DNA of 64,000 nucleotides from the NCBI GenBank assembly GCA_044358425.1, contig CP054849.1, positions 1,097,302-1,161,301 of the forward strand, written 5' to 3'. How positions within the stretch are numbered: position 1 is the stretch's first letter; every line of letters begins with the position of its first letter. The translations under genes were made by a program, and so were the position numbers. Positions 9,308 through 18,534 of the stretch are shown piece after piece. Below the pieces are notes generated by a model. That model was not told where the DNA came from and ran no database searches. It saw only the letters and a program-made list of their open reading frames with translations. Source of the DNA: Marine Group I thaumarchaeote (GTDB taxonomy: Archaea > Thermoproteota > Nitrososphaeria > Nitrososphaerales > Nitrosopumilaceae).

Positions 9308-10783
9308 ATGAAGATAAAAATAGACAGTTCTGCAAAAAGAAAAACAGAACTTCTATGTGGATTTGTTTTAGAAGATTCGAATAAAGTTTTAGGATTACCA
9401 AAAGTTGATTCTAAGACAACATCATCAATAAATCAATCATTAAAAGATATGAATGGTAAACTTGGAAAATTAACAATTATTCCAATTCCAGGAAAAAAAC
9501 AGGCTCAAAGAATTCTTCTTGCAGGTATTGGAAAAAAAGAAAACATTACAAACGATACAATAAGATTTGTTTCAGGTAAAATTGCACAAACTGCAAGAGA
9601 ATTAAAATTAAAAGAATTTTCAATCATAGTCCCACCAACTTTTGTAAATGATTCAGTTTCATCAATTTCCCAAATTGTGGAAGGTACAAAAATGTCATTA
9701 TACAAATTTGATAAATTTAAAGCTGAAAAAGTAGATAAATCACCAGACATGACAATCATAGTTTCTAAATCAAGTAAAATTTCAAAAGCAATCAAAATTG
9801 CTGAGTCTGTTGCAGATGGCGCGATATTTACAAAGAGTATTGCAAATTTACCTCCAAACGAATGCACTCCTACAACATTAGCAAATTTTGCTAAAAATAT
9901 TTCAAAAAAGAATAAAATGAAATGTACTATAATTTCGCAACCAGAATTAAAGAAAAAAGGTTTTGGTGGAATTACAGCAGTAGGTAAAGGAAGTAAGAAT
10001 GAACCAAAATTAATTACAATGGAGCATAACAATGGCCCTAAGAATCAAAAACCAATTGTATTAGTTGGAAAAGCAGTGACATTTGATACTGGTGGAATTT
10101 CATTAAAACCTGGTCAAAGTATGGATGAAATGAAATTTGACAAATGTGGAGGATGTACAGTATTAGGAATAATGAAATCAGTTTCAGAATTAAAATTGCC
10201 AATTAACGTAGTGGGAATTATTCCTTCAGTAGAAAACATGCCAGGAGGAGAAGCATATAGACCTGGAGACATAATAAAACTATACAATGGAAAAACTGCA
10301 GAAATTCTAAATACAGATGCAGAAGGCAGGCTTATTTTAGCAGATGCATTAGCTTATGGTGAAAAACAATATTCGCCAAAGGCAATAATTGATTTTGCAA
10401 CTTTAACAGGTGCATGTATCATAGCTCTTGGAAATAATGTAGCTGCAATTGTTTCAAATAATGAACAATTAACAGAAAAAATTACAACATCGTCTAAAAC
10501 AACAACAGAAGAAATTTGGGAGTTACCATTAACACAGGACTATATGGATATGATAAAATCAGATGTTGCAGATATAAGAAATATTGGAATTGGAAAAGCT
10601 GCTGGAACTATAACAGCTGCTGCATTTTTGAAAAGTGCAATTAAAGATACACCATGGGCACATCTGGATATTGCAGGTGTTGCTTGGACTCAAGGAGCAG
10701 CAACAAAAGATAAGCCATACAATCCAAAAGGTGCAACAGGATTTGGCGTTAGATTGATTTTAGACTATTTACAGAAATTATAA
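9308..10783 (+). CDS. pepA: Leucyl aminopeptidase (M17)
   Basis: VGKAVTFDTGGISLK, NTDAEGRL, ATLTGA, HLDIAG. Confidence 0.97.
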   Translation: MKIKIDSSAKRKTELLCGFVLEDSNKVLGLPKVDSKTTSSINQSLKDMNGKLGKLTIIPIPGKKQAQRILLAGIGKKENITNDTIRFVSGKIAQTARELKLKEFSIIVPPTFVNDSVSSISQIVEGTKMSLYKFDKFKAEKVDKSPDMTIIVSKSSKISKAIKIAESVADGAIFTKSIANLPPNECTPTTLANFAKNISKKNKMKCTIISQPELKKKGFGGITAVGKGSKNEPKLITMEHNNGPKNQKPIVLVGKAVTFDTGGISLKPGQSMDEMKFDKCGGCTVLGIMKSVSELKLPINVVGIIPSVENMPGGEAYRPGDIIKLYNGKTAEILNTDAEGRLILADALAYGEKQYSPKAIIDFATLTGACIIALGNNVAAIVSNNEQLTEKITTSSKTTTEEIWELPLTQDYMDMIKSDVADIRNIGIGKAAGTITAAAFLKSAIKDTPWAHLDIAGVAWTQGAATKDKPYNPKGATGFGVRLILDYLQKL

Positions 10784-10785
10784 AA

Positions 10786-10914
10786 TTAGTAGCCTCTACT
10801 ATTTCTATCAGGAGTTCCAACATTTGGATTTCTCCAACCGTGTTTTTCCATCATATGATTTAGTAATCGAATGTCATTATCACATTTTTCTCCACAGACA
10901 CTACAGTTTGGCAT
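10786..10914 (-). CDS. 42-aa C2H2-type zinc-finger microprotein (not in ORF track)
   Basis: MPNCSVCGEKCDNDIRLLNHMMEKHGWRNPNVGTPDRNSRGY; C-x2-C-x12-H-x4-H; TTTTAATA about 28 nt upstream. Confidence 0.75.
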   Translation of the reverse strand: MPNCSVCGEKCDNDIRLLNHMMEKHGWRNPNVGTPDRNSRGY

Positions 10915-10971
10915 TGAAATCAATTCAATCAGATAACATGGATATTAAAAGATTGATTGAAAAGTAGAAAA

Positions 10972-11088
10972 TGCCAGCACTGTTGCTTCCCAAGAGCTCT
11001 CGCATCTTAGTAGCACAACAGCGACATCAGGTTTGACTTCTAAGTTCGGAACGGGATTAGGTCGCACCCTGACGCTATGGCCGGCTTG
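10972..11088 (-). rRNA. rrf: 5S rRNA (stand-alone)
   Basis: Reverse complement GCCGGCCATAGCG...CCCGTTCCGAAC.TAGAAGTCAAACC...GTGCTGGC with terminal helix and the conserved CCGAAC loop; about 117 nt. Confidence 0.93.
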
Positions 11089-11182
11089 AAAATTATTCCA
11101 TAATTCTAATGTATTAAGGTAACGACAGATTTGAAATCAACTCAAAATAGGTATAAAGCAAAGAAAATATCGAATTACAACT

Positions 11183-12970
11183 ATGACACATAGAGTTGCA
11201 GTATTGGATCAAGATCTATGTCAGCCACAAAAATGTGGCCTAGAATGTATAAAATATTGCCCAGTTAACAAATCAGGCGCAGAATGTGTAACGATTCATG
11301 AAGAATCAAAAAAGGCACAAATTGATGAGGATATTTGTAATGGTTGTGGAATATGTGTTAAAGTATGTCCGTTTGATGCAATAACAATTGTGAATTTAGC
11401 AAGCGAATTAGCTACCGATAAAATTCATCAATATGGAACAAATTCTTTTAGATTATACAAATTACCTACTCCAAGAAAAGGAGAAGTTGTTGGGCTATTA
11501 GGCAGAAATGGAATGGGGAAAAGTACAGTTGTCAATATACTTTCAGGAAAACTAAAACCAAATCTTGGAAGATATGAAAATCCACCAGAATGGGATGAAA
11601 TTTTTAAACATTATAGCGGAACAGAGTTAAAACAACATTTTCAAAAAATTGAACAAAATCAAATTCGCGCATCAATTAAACCACAACAAATTCATCATCT
11701 TGCAGAAGCATTTGATGGTACAGGAAATGAATTACTTGACAAATATGATGAAAGAGGAGTTTCTAGAGAATTAGTTAGAGAATTGGGATTGCAAAATTCA
11801 ATGGAACAAAGTTTGAAAGAACTTAGTGGGGGAGAATTACAAAGAATTGCAGTAGCTGCTGCTGCATCAAAAGATACAGAATTTTACTTTTTTGATGAAC
11901 CATCATCTTACAACGATGTATTTCAAAGAACAGGTGTTGCAAGAGTAATTCAAGGATTAGCTAAAATTGGAAAAAGTGTAATGGTTGTAGAACATGATTT
12001 AACATTATTAGATTTCCTCAGTGACTATATCGAGGTATTATATGGTGAACCAGCAGCGTATGGAATTGTTTCAAATATTTTATCAACCAAAATAGGAATC
12101 AATGTTTTTCTTGACGGATATCTTCCAAATGAAAATGTCAGGTTTAGGGAGAAAAAATTCTCCATGGACGTATCATCATCTTCAACAGATATTTTTCAAG
12201 AAGATACAGAAATAGTAAATTATCCAAAATTAGAAAAGAAATTTGATTCATTTTCAGTATCCATTGAGCCTGGAAGAGTAAGAAAAGGAGAAGTTTTGGG
12301 AATTATGGGAGCAAATGCTCTTGGAAAAACAACAATGATGAAAATGATTGCAGGGGTTCAAAAACCAGATGTAGGTTCTGTTGATAAAAAGATCAAAATT
12401 GCATACAAACCACAATATCTACAAAATGATATTGATGTGGAAGTAATTGCACTTTTAGAAAAAGCAAATGGAGGACCAATTGAGGGAAGTCAAGAAGAAG
12501 AACAAATTCTAGATCCTTTAAAAATTAAAAAATTATACAACAAATCAGTTAAAAATCTCTCAGGAGGAGAACTTCAAAAAATTGCTGTGGCATCATGTCT
12601 AATTCAAAAAGTAGATTTGTACGCACTAGATGAACCTTCAGCATTTTTAGATGTAGAAGATCGAATTGCAGTTGCAAAATTTTTGCAGAAATTTGTTCGT
12701 TCATTTGGAAAATCAGCAATAATTATTGATCACGATTTGCAATTAATGGATTTGATGTCAGATTCTATGATAATTTTTGAAGGTGAATCAGGAAAAGCAG
12801 GAACTGCAACATCACCACTTCCAAAATCAGAAGCAATGAACAGATTTCTAAAATCATTAGACATGTCATTTCGAAGAGATGAAAAAAGTTTGAGACCAAG
12901 AGTTAATAAAATAGAAAGTAGGTTAGACAAAGATCAAAAGGCATCAGGAAACTTTTATTACAAACATTGA
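11183..12970 (+). CDS. rli1: Ribosome recycling ATPase ABCE1/Rli1
   Basis: N-terminal 2x[4Fe-4S] domain and two ABC domains (GRNGMGKST, LSGGELQ twice). Confidence 0.97.
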   Translation: MTHRVAVLDQDLCQPQKCGLECIKYCPVNKSGAECVTIHEESKKAQIDEDICNGCGICVKVCPFDAITIVNLASELATDKIHQYGTNSFRLYKLPTPRKGEVVGLLGRNGMGKSTVVNILSGKLKPNLGRYENPPEWDEIFKHYSGTELKQHFQKIEQNQIRASIKPQQIHHLAEAFDGTGNELLDKYDERGVSRELVRELGLQNSMEQSLKELSGGELQRIAVAAAASKDTEFYFFDEPSSYNDVFQRTGVARVIQGLAKIGKSVMVVEHDLTLLDFLSDYIEVLYGEPAAYGIVSNILSTKIGINVFLDGYLPNENVRFREKKFSMDVSSSSTDIFQEDTEIVNYPKLEKKFDSFSVSIEPGRVRKGEVLGIMGANALGKTTMMKMIAGVQKPDVGSVDKKIKIAYKPQYLQNDIDVEVIALLEKANGGPIEGSQEEEQILDPLKIKKLYNKSVKNLSGGELQKIAVASCLIQKVDLYALDEPSAFLDVEDRIAVAKFLQKFVRSFGKSAIIIDHDLQLMDLMSDSMIIFEGESGKAGTATSPLPKSEAMNRFLKSLDMSFRRDEKSLRPRVNKIESRLDKDQKASGNFYYKH

Positions 12971-13803
12971 CTCGAATGCTAAAAAAATCACTAGAAAGCG
13001 TTCTAACATCACAAGAAAGTAATGAATTAATTTCAGCATTTGATCAAATTGGAAATATAATCATTGTTAGAATTCCAGACTCACTATTATCAAAGAAAAA
13101 AATTATTGGTGAAACTCTACTAAATGAGGTAAAAATTGTAAAAAGTGTATTTTATCAATCATCAGCAGTAGATGGAGATTTTCGCACAAGAAATCTAGAA
13201 ATTTTAGCCGGAGAGGACAATACGGAAACAGAGTACAAAGAATTTGGGTGTAAATTTATTGTGGATGTAGAAAATGCATTTTTCTCACCTCGATTATCAA
13301 CAGAAAGAGAAAGAATTGCAAAATTAACTCAAGACGGGGAAGTAATTACAAACATGTTTGCAGGCGTCGGAATGTTTTCTATAATGGCTGCAAAAAAGAA
13401 AAAATGTACAGTATATAGTCTAGATTTAAATCCAATTGCATCAAAACTTTGTGAAAGAAATATTGCAATTAACAAACTAGCAGGAGAAGTCATTTCAATT
13501 AATGGTGATGCATCAAAAATTATTGAAGAGCAATTAATTGATAAATCAGACAGAACATTGACATTATTACCAGAAAGATCAGATGAATTTTTGGATTCTG
13601 CAATCAGTACAACAAAAAGTGGGGGCATCATTCATTATTATTCTCACATTCATGCAGATAAAAAATCTGAAGCTGGAAAATTAACAGAGGAACATTATAA
13701 AAAAATCACACCAGTAAAATCAGAAATCCTTGGATCAAAAATTGTAAGAGCTGTAGGTCCAAGATATTATCAAACTGTTGTAGATGTTAAAATTACTAAG
13801 TAG
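12967..13803 (+). CDS. Trm5/Tyw2 (Met-10+) family tRNA-modifying SAM-dependent enzyme
   Basis: FFSPRLSTER, NMFAGVGMF, DLNP, GIIHYY. Confidence 0.85.
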   Translation: MTRMLKKSLESVLTSQESNELISAFDQIGNIIIVRIPDSLLSKKKIIGETLLNEVKIVKSVFYQSSAVDGDFRTRNLEILAGEDNTETEYKEFGCKFIVDVENAFFSPRLSTERERIAKLTQDGEVITNMFAGVGMFSIMAAKKKKCTVYSLDLNPIASKLCERNIAINKLAGEVISINGDASKIIEEQLIDKSDRTLTLLPERSDEFLDSAISTTKSGGIIHYYSHIHADKKSEAGKLTEEHYKKITPVKSEILGSKIVRAVGPRYYQTVVDVKITK

Positions 13804-14026
13804 ATGAATCATCAGCTGATGTAATTGTTGCAGATGTAGGTTTTGTTGTTGCCATCACATATCCTATCCATGCAATAATTCCAAGAATACCACCAACAGC
13901 CATTAATACAGATAACTGTAAAACAATTGGAGACCATTCAGATAACATTAGCAGATATGCATAAACAAAGAATCCACCAATACATAATACAAAAATTAGA
14001 ACTCCCATCCCCTTGCGTTTATCCAT
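13796..14026 (-). CDS. Small two-TM membrane protein (possibly DPM2-like)
   Basis: Two hydrophobic helices ending in WIGYVMATTKP. Confidence 0.75.
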   Translation of the reverse strand: MDKRKGMGVLIFVLCIGGFFVYAYLLMLSEWSPIVLQLSVLMAVGGILGIIAWIGYVMATTKPTSATITSADDSST

Positions 14027-14066
14027 ATCGGAAAATTTTTTCTGAGTTATTTATTGTTTTAATATA

Positions 14067-14582
14067 TTAATTCAATTCAACTGCCATCAAATAAGCAGAT
14101 TCACCATCACGATAGTATGCATTTAGTTCTTGTCTAATAACAAATCCAAGTTTTTCATAAAGACGAACAGCATCAGTATTGCTACATCTAACTTCTAGGT
14201 AAAACTCATCACAATTTCTATTCTTTACACCTATTACAGATTCTTCAACAAGTGCCTTACCAATTCCTTTTTTTCTATATTCATCTAGTACTGCAATAGA
14301 AACAACATGACCTTTTTTTACAAAACCCAGTTTTTTAAAATTTGAAAAACCAAATTCAGTTTTACACATTTCATATCCAACAATTTTACCGTTAATTTCT
14401 GCAACCAAAAATGCTTCAGGTAATTCTTGAAGTAGTGATTCATAAAAATAATCAGAATAGTGTTCAGGTAAAGTTTTGAGATTAATTTCCATAACAGAAA
14501 TTAGATCGCTTTGTGCGGCTCTACGAATATTGCAATCACCAATTTGTCTCAAAATCACTTGCACAAATACAGGATAAAACAA
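14067..14582 (-). CDS. rimI: N-terminal protein acetyltransferase, Ard1/RimI family
   Basis: LPEHYS, GHVVSIAV, YRKKGIG, LEVRCSN, YYRDGE. Confidence 0.9.
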   Translation of the reverse strand: MFYPVFVQVILRQIGDCNIRRAAQSDLISVMEINLKTLPEHYSDYFYESLLQELPEAFLVAEINGKIVGYEMCKTEFGFSNFKKLGFVKKGHVVSIAVLDEYRKKGIGKALVEESVIGVKNRNCDEFYLEVRCSNTDAVRLYEKLGFVIRQELNAYYRDGESAYLMAVELN

Positions 14583-14637
14583 TCAATATTTAATTTTAAA
14601 CACAAAGATCATTAATGAATAAAAGATAGGAAAATAG

Positions 14638-15744
14638 ATGGTTGAAGATTCTCAAGATGGCGTAATTTCATTGGTTAATTCAATTTTTGATGTGGAAGAA
14701 TTTACAAAAACAGAATTTACAATGCAATTTAAAATTAATAATTCAGAATTTCAAACAAAATTTGAAGATTTAGCCAGAGCCTTAGAAAACATGAGTTATG
14801 TTTGCAAAGTAGTAAAAAATGATGAAGGCATATTAATTGAAGTTCAAAAATTTACAATAAAAAAACCAAGAAAATGGCTCAATGCAACGTGGACACCACG
14901 AATATTGTTTGCAGTTGTAATTGGATTTGTAATGATTGATGGCTATTATAGGACATCAGGTACAAATTCGATTATAGAGATTGGAGAGCCATTTGAAATG
15001 GCAATTGTGTATACACTTGCACTTTTAGGAATTTTAGGTACACATGAACTTGGACATATCATTGCAGCTAAATCACATAAACTAAAAACAAGTTGGCCTT
15101 ACTTTATTCCAGGGTTGCCAATAGTTGGAATTCCTACATTTGGTGCATTCATTCAATCAAAAGGATTAACAATTAATCGTAATATCTTATTTGATGTAGC
15201 TATTGCAGGACCAATTGCTGGACTAGCAATTGCAATTATTGTATCACTTTATGGTGCATATACGGCTCCAATATTAGATCAAGAAATTGCAGAAGGACTG
15301 TTTGCAGAACAGGTGTTGGTTGAATGGGAACAAGGAGAACCATTACTAATGACTGCAAGTTTAGCTGTGTTTGGTAAAGGAGGTCCAGGTCACGAAGTAA
15401 TAATGACACCAGTAATGTTTGCAGCATGGATTGGATTTTTAATTACATTTTTGAATTTACTTCCAGCATGGCAACTTGATGGTGGACATATGGCGAGAAC
15501 TCTTTTGGGTCAAAAAATTCACAGATATGCAACATATGGCAGTATGTTGATACTTGTTTTGTTAAATTATTGGCTCATGGCAATCTTAATTTTAGTTATG
15601 TCAATGAAAAATCCAAGTGCAACACCACTTGATGATATATCACCTCTTACAAAAAATAGAAAACTGGCATATATCGGAATTATAGTATTAGCAGTTTTGT
15701 GTGCACCATTACCATCAGGATTATTTTCAGGTATTTTACCTTAG
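14638..15744 (+). CDS. Site-2 (M50) intramembrane metalloprotease
   Basis: HELGH, AGPIAG, NLLPAWQLDGGH. Confidence 0.93.
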   Translation: MVEDSQDGVISLVNSIFDVEEFTKTEFTMQFKINNSEFQTKFEDLARALENMSYVCKVVKNDEGILIEVQKFTIKKPRKWLNATWTPRILFAVVIGFVMIDGYYRTSGTNSIIEIGEPFEMAIVYTLALLGILGTHELGHIIAAKSHKLKTSWPYFIPGLPIVGIPTFGAFIQSKGLTINRNILFDVAIAGPIAGLAIAIIVSLYGAYTAPILDQEIAEGLFAEQVLVEWEQGEPLLMTASLAVFGKGGPGHEVIMTPVMFAAWIGFLITFLNLLPAWQLDGGHMARTLLGQKIHRYATYGSMLILVLLNYWLMAILILVMSMKNPSATPLDDISPLTKNRKLAYIGIIVLAVLCAPLPSGLFSGILP

Positions 15745-16836
15745 AAAAAGTCTAGCACCATCTGCAACTACGGTAACTTTTTGTCTTGCACCCTGTGTTT
15801 TTAAAATATAATCCATAGAATATTTTATTCCAGGTAAAGAAATCATATCAAGTTTTTTTGCATAAAATTCAGGTAGAATTGAAACTAAACCAATTTGAAA
15901 ATTCTTTTGTATTTCAGAAAGGTAAAGTAAATCCTCCATTCCGTTAATGTATTTTGTAGGATTCCTTAACTGTTCAAGTGTTAGCCTATCTTCAATATAT
16001 TGTTGAATAGCATCAGAACCTAAACCACTTTTACATTCAGCAACTAAAATTGCCAACCCATCTTTTTTGATAGCATTTGAACAATTCCAAAGAGATGATA
16101 AAGAATTTCCCAATGTGTCGTTACTTGCATCTTTGCCAGTACTCATGATTATTGTTTTATGCTCACCAATATCTTTGATTGAATTTGATTCTAGAGTTTT
16201 TGTTGTTGAAAGTGTTGTTGAAGGATGAGCAATTGTAAAGTCAAGTATTCCTTCGGAATTTGCAATAATTTCAATTGCTTGTATCTCAAAATTATCTACA
16301 AATTTTTTTGCCTCGGTTAAACTTTCTGTATATTGTCCAGGTGTTGGAAGATTACTTTGTCTCTTAGCATAAGCTGAAAGCATAGATTCTTCTCCGAATT
16401 TTTTGATTAAACGAGTTGCAACAGTTTCATATCCAAATAAACCATCAAATCCCATTTCCCCCATAAAAACAAGATTAGAATTTTTAATTTCAACATCATC
16501 AAATTCATTTATTGAACTACCTTCAGGCAAACCAGATTTAACTAAATTTAGGATTTTTTTATCAGTCAAAATTTTTGGAAAGGGTTTAGATTTTTGTTCA
16601 CATAGAGTGAATAAACTTGTAATAATCTTGAGAATTGATTTGGAGTTATGTAAAACTACTAGTTCCATGGGTTTGGACAAATCCAAAGTATTGAGTCTCT
16701 CCATAATTGCTTGATCATCCAGAATTTTTCCATCAGAATCAATTTTTTGCTCTAAATTCTCTGCCTTTATATCCAAAACAACGTCGGTAATCCCATAATT
16801 TAACCAAATTTCAGGCATAATAGATACTAAATACAA
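15736..16836 (-). CDS. Degenerate LarA (lactate racemase)-domain-like protein
   Basis: EIWLNYG N-terminus and C-terminal KKDGLAILVAECKSGLG resemble LarA/DUF2088; catalytic motifs not evident. Confidence 0.55.
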   Translation of the reverse strand: MYLVSIMPEIWLNYGITDVVLDIKAENLEQKIDSDGKILDDQAIMERLNTLDLSKPMELVVLHNSKSILKIITSLFTLCEQKSKPFPKILTDKKILNLVKSGLPEGSSINEFDDVEIKNSNLVFMGEMGFDGLFGYETVATRLIKKFGEESMLSAYAKRQSNLPTPGQYTESLTEAKKFVDNFEIQAIEIIANSEGILDFTIAHPSTTLSTTKTLESNSIKDIGEHKTIIMSTGKDASNDTLGNSLSSLWNCSNAIKKDGLAILVAECKSGLGSDAIQQYIEDRLTLEQLRNPTKYINGMEDLLYLSEIQKNFQIGLVSILPEFYAKKLDMISLPGIKYSMDYILKTQGARQKVTVVADGARLFLR

Positions 16837-16856
16837 ACCAAAATAAATCCAATGTA

Positions 16857-17474
16857 GTGAATTTTGATATGGAATTTGTGAAAGAATTTGTGACCTTTTT
16901 ACATCAAAAGGAGATAATTAAGTTTGGAGATTTTACACTAGCCAGTGGGAAAAGTAGTTCGTATTATGTTGATTTAAGATTAGTTCCTAGCTATCCTCAT
17001 GAATTTAGGATGATGGTAAAATATCTAGAAAATCAAATAACTGAAGACATTGGACTGGAAAATTTTGAAAGTATTGTTTCTGTGCCAACAGGAGGATTAG
17101 TTATTGCTTCAGCATTAGCAATTGAAACAGTAAAACCACTAATCTATGTAAGAAGTAAACCAAAGGATTATGGAACTTCAAAATCAGTTGAAGGAAAAAT
17201 TCATGATAACATGAGAGTTGTGATGATAGATGATGTTGCAACTACGGGAGGTTCAGTTGTAAATGCAATTAAATCACTAACAGAAGTAAATGTTCCAGTA
17301 AAAGATGCATATGTAATTGTAGATAGAATGGAAGGAGCTACTGAAGCCTTGGAAGAACTTGGAGTAAAAATGCACTCAATTCTAAATATCTTACAAATTA
17401 CAGAAATATTATACGAACAAAAAATGATTGATGCAGAAATTTTAGATAAGGTAAAAAAGCAAATTAGTAAATAA
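16857..17474 (+). CDS. pyrE: Orotate phosphoribosyltransferase (start probably 16869)
   Basis: FGDFTLASGKSSSYYVDLR, KDYG, IDDVATTGGS. Confidence 0.97.
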   Translation: MNFDMEFVKEFVTFLHQKEIIKFGDFTLASGKSSSYYVDLRLVPSYPHEFRMMVKYLENQITEDIGLENFESIVSVPTGGLVIASALAIETVKPLIYVRSKPKDYGTSKSVEGKIHDNMRVVMIDDVATTGGSVVNAIKSLTEVNVPVKDAYVIVDRMEGATEALEELGVKMHSILNILQITEILYEQKMIDAEILDKVKKQISK

Positions 17475-17479
17475 ATTAA

Positions 17480-17544
17480 GGCAGCTCAGACAAATGCCTT
17501 CCAATCATCAATTTCAGATATAACTCTGATTCTTCATTGCAGCC
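17480..17544 (-). ncRNA. Box C/D methylation-guide sRNA
   Basis: Reverse complement GGCTGCA-ATGAAGA(C)-ATCAGAGTTATAT-CTGA(D')-AAT-TGATGA(C')-TTGGAAGGCATTTGT-CTGA(D)-GCTGCC: all four boxes plus a terminal stem. Confidence 0.8.
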
Positions 17545-17586
17545 AGTAATTTTTGTATTAACTCATTTTAAAACTAATTGAAAAAA

Positions 17587-17660
17587 TGGGCCCGAAGGGC
17601 TTCGATCCCTTGGCTCACCGGTTATGAGCCGGTTACTCTACCAAGCTGAGTTACGGGCCC
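17587..17660 (-). tRNA. tRNA-Ile2(CAT) (agmatidine type; Met less likely)
   Basis: Cloverleaf with ACCGG-CTCATAA-CCGGT; GGGCCCG acceptor and A73 typical of archaeal tRNA-Ile. Confidence 0.85.
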
Positions 17661-17701
17661 TAAAATAACAAAAATTTTCTGAGGTATAAAATGTTATGAG
17701 G

Positions 17702-18361
17702 TTAACAGTATTCTTCATAACAACTGTCAAGTAACAAATTTTGTGCTGAAACAGATTTTTCAGCAATTTCAATTAGGTCACTTGTATCAGCATTGGATTT
17801 TTCAATGATATTTCTCCATGATGCTGCATGTCTAATGTCAGCTTCGGTGTGGAGTTTGAAATATTCAGTTGCTTTATCAGTTGTAATTTGATAGAATTCA
17901 GATAATCCATCTAGTTTTGTTTGACTAATTTTTGGAATTTCTTTTTCAAATGCATACATTGCACATGCACCACTATCAAAAGTATTCATTAATTCAGCCA
18001 AATCTGATACAGCTTGATTAGTTTTTTCTAATCCAGAATATGGGATTAATTCGTTTTCAGAAATTCCTAGTTCTCCTGCAAAACTAATCCAAGGTTTAAT
18101 GTGATCAGATTCTTCTTGTTGATTATCAACTAGTTCTGAAACTACAGAATCAGGTGCTTTTTCAATAATTGGTGCCATAAATTCAGGAACAGCTTTAACA
18201 AGTTGGAAATATTCTTTTGAATATCCTGCTAATGATTCTTGAGTTAATTTACCATCAGACCACATTTCATAAAATGGGTGTTTTAGGAGACTTCTTTCTT
18301 CAATAATTTTATCGATTCTTTGGATTATATTCATAATTTTTGTGTAAATTTTCCAATACAA
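17702..18361 (-). CDS. CADD/PqqC-like heme-oxygenase-like diiron protein (start probably 18334, MNIIQ)
   Basis: HPFYEMW, EESDH, YAFE, YFKLHTEADIRH dimetal ligand pattern. Confidence 0.85.
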   Translation of the reverse strand: MYWKIYTKIMNIIQRIDKIIEERSLLKHPFYEMWSDGKLTQESLAGYSKEYFQLVKAVPEFMAPIIEKAPDSVVSELVDNQQEESDHIKPWISFAGELGISENELIPYSGLEKTNQAVSDLAELMNTFDSGACAMYAFEKEIPKISQTKLDGLSEFYQITTDKATEYFKLHTEADIRHAASWRNIIEKSNADTSDLIEIAEKSVSAQNLLLDSCYEEYC

Positions 18362-18415
18362 AAATCTTTGTTGTGTACCAAAAGATTTTATGATCTAAAT
18401 GAAAAATTTCTTTGG

Positions 18416-18494
18416 GTTCCAGTGGTGTAGTCCGGTCAAGCATACTGCCCTTTCAAGGCAGTGATCCCGGGTTCAAATCCCGGCTGGAGCACCA
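18416..18494 (+). tRNA. tRNA-Glu(TTC) with encoded CCA
   Basis: GTTCCAG...CTGCC-CTTTCAA-GGCAG...GTTCAAATC...CTGGAGC-A-CCA. Confidence 0.95.
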
Positions 18495-18534
18495 AGATTT
18501 AATTACTAATGAAGAGGGGTTTTGATCAATTATC

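Noticed and set aside
10972-11088. 5S rRNA unlinked from 16S-23S as a novelty
   Set aside because: This arrangement is normal for this archaeal lineage.
17475-17701. Possible PqqA-like precursor peptide next to the PqqC-like gene
   Set aside because: No ExxxY ORF found; the interval is explained by a C/D sRNA and tRNA-Ile.
18361-18389. Inverted repeat AAAATCTTT-N11-AAAGATTTT between the CADD-like gene and tRNA-Glu
   Set aside because: AT-rich and overlapping two divergent core promoters; could be chance.
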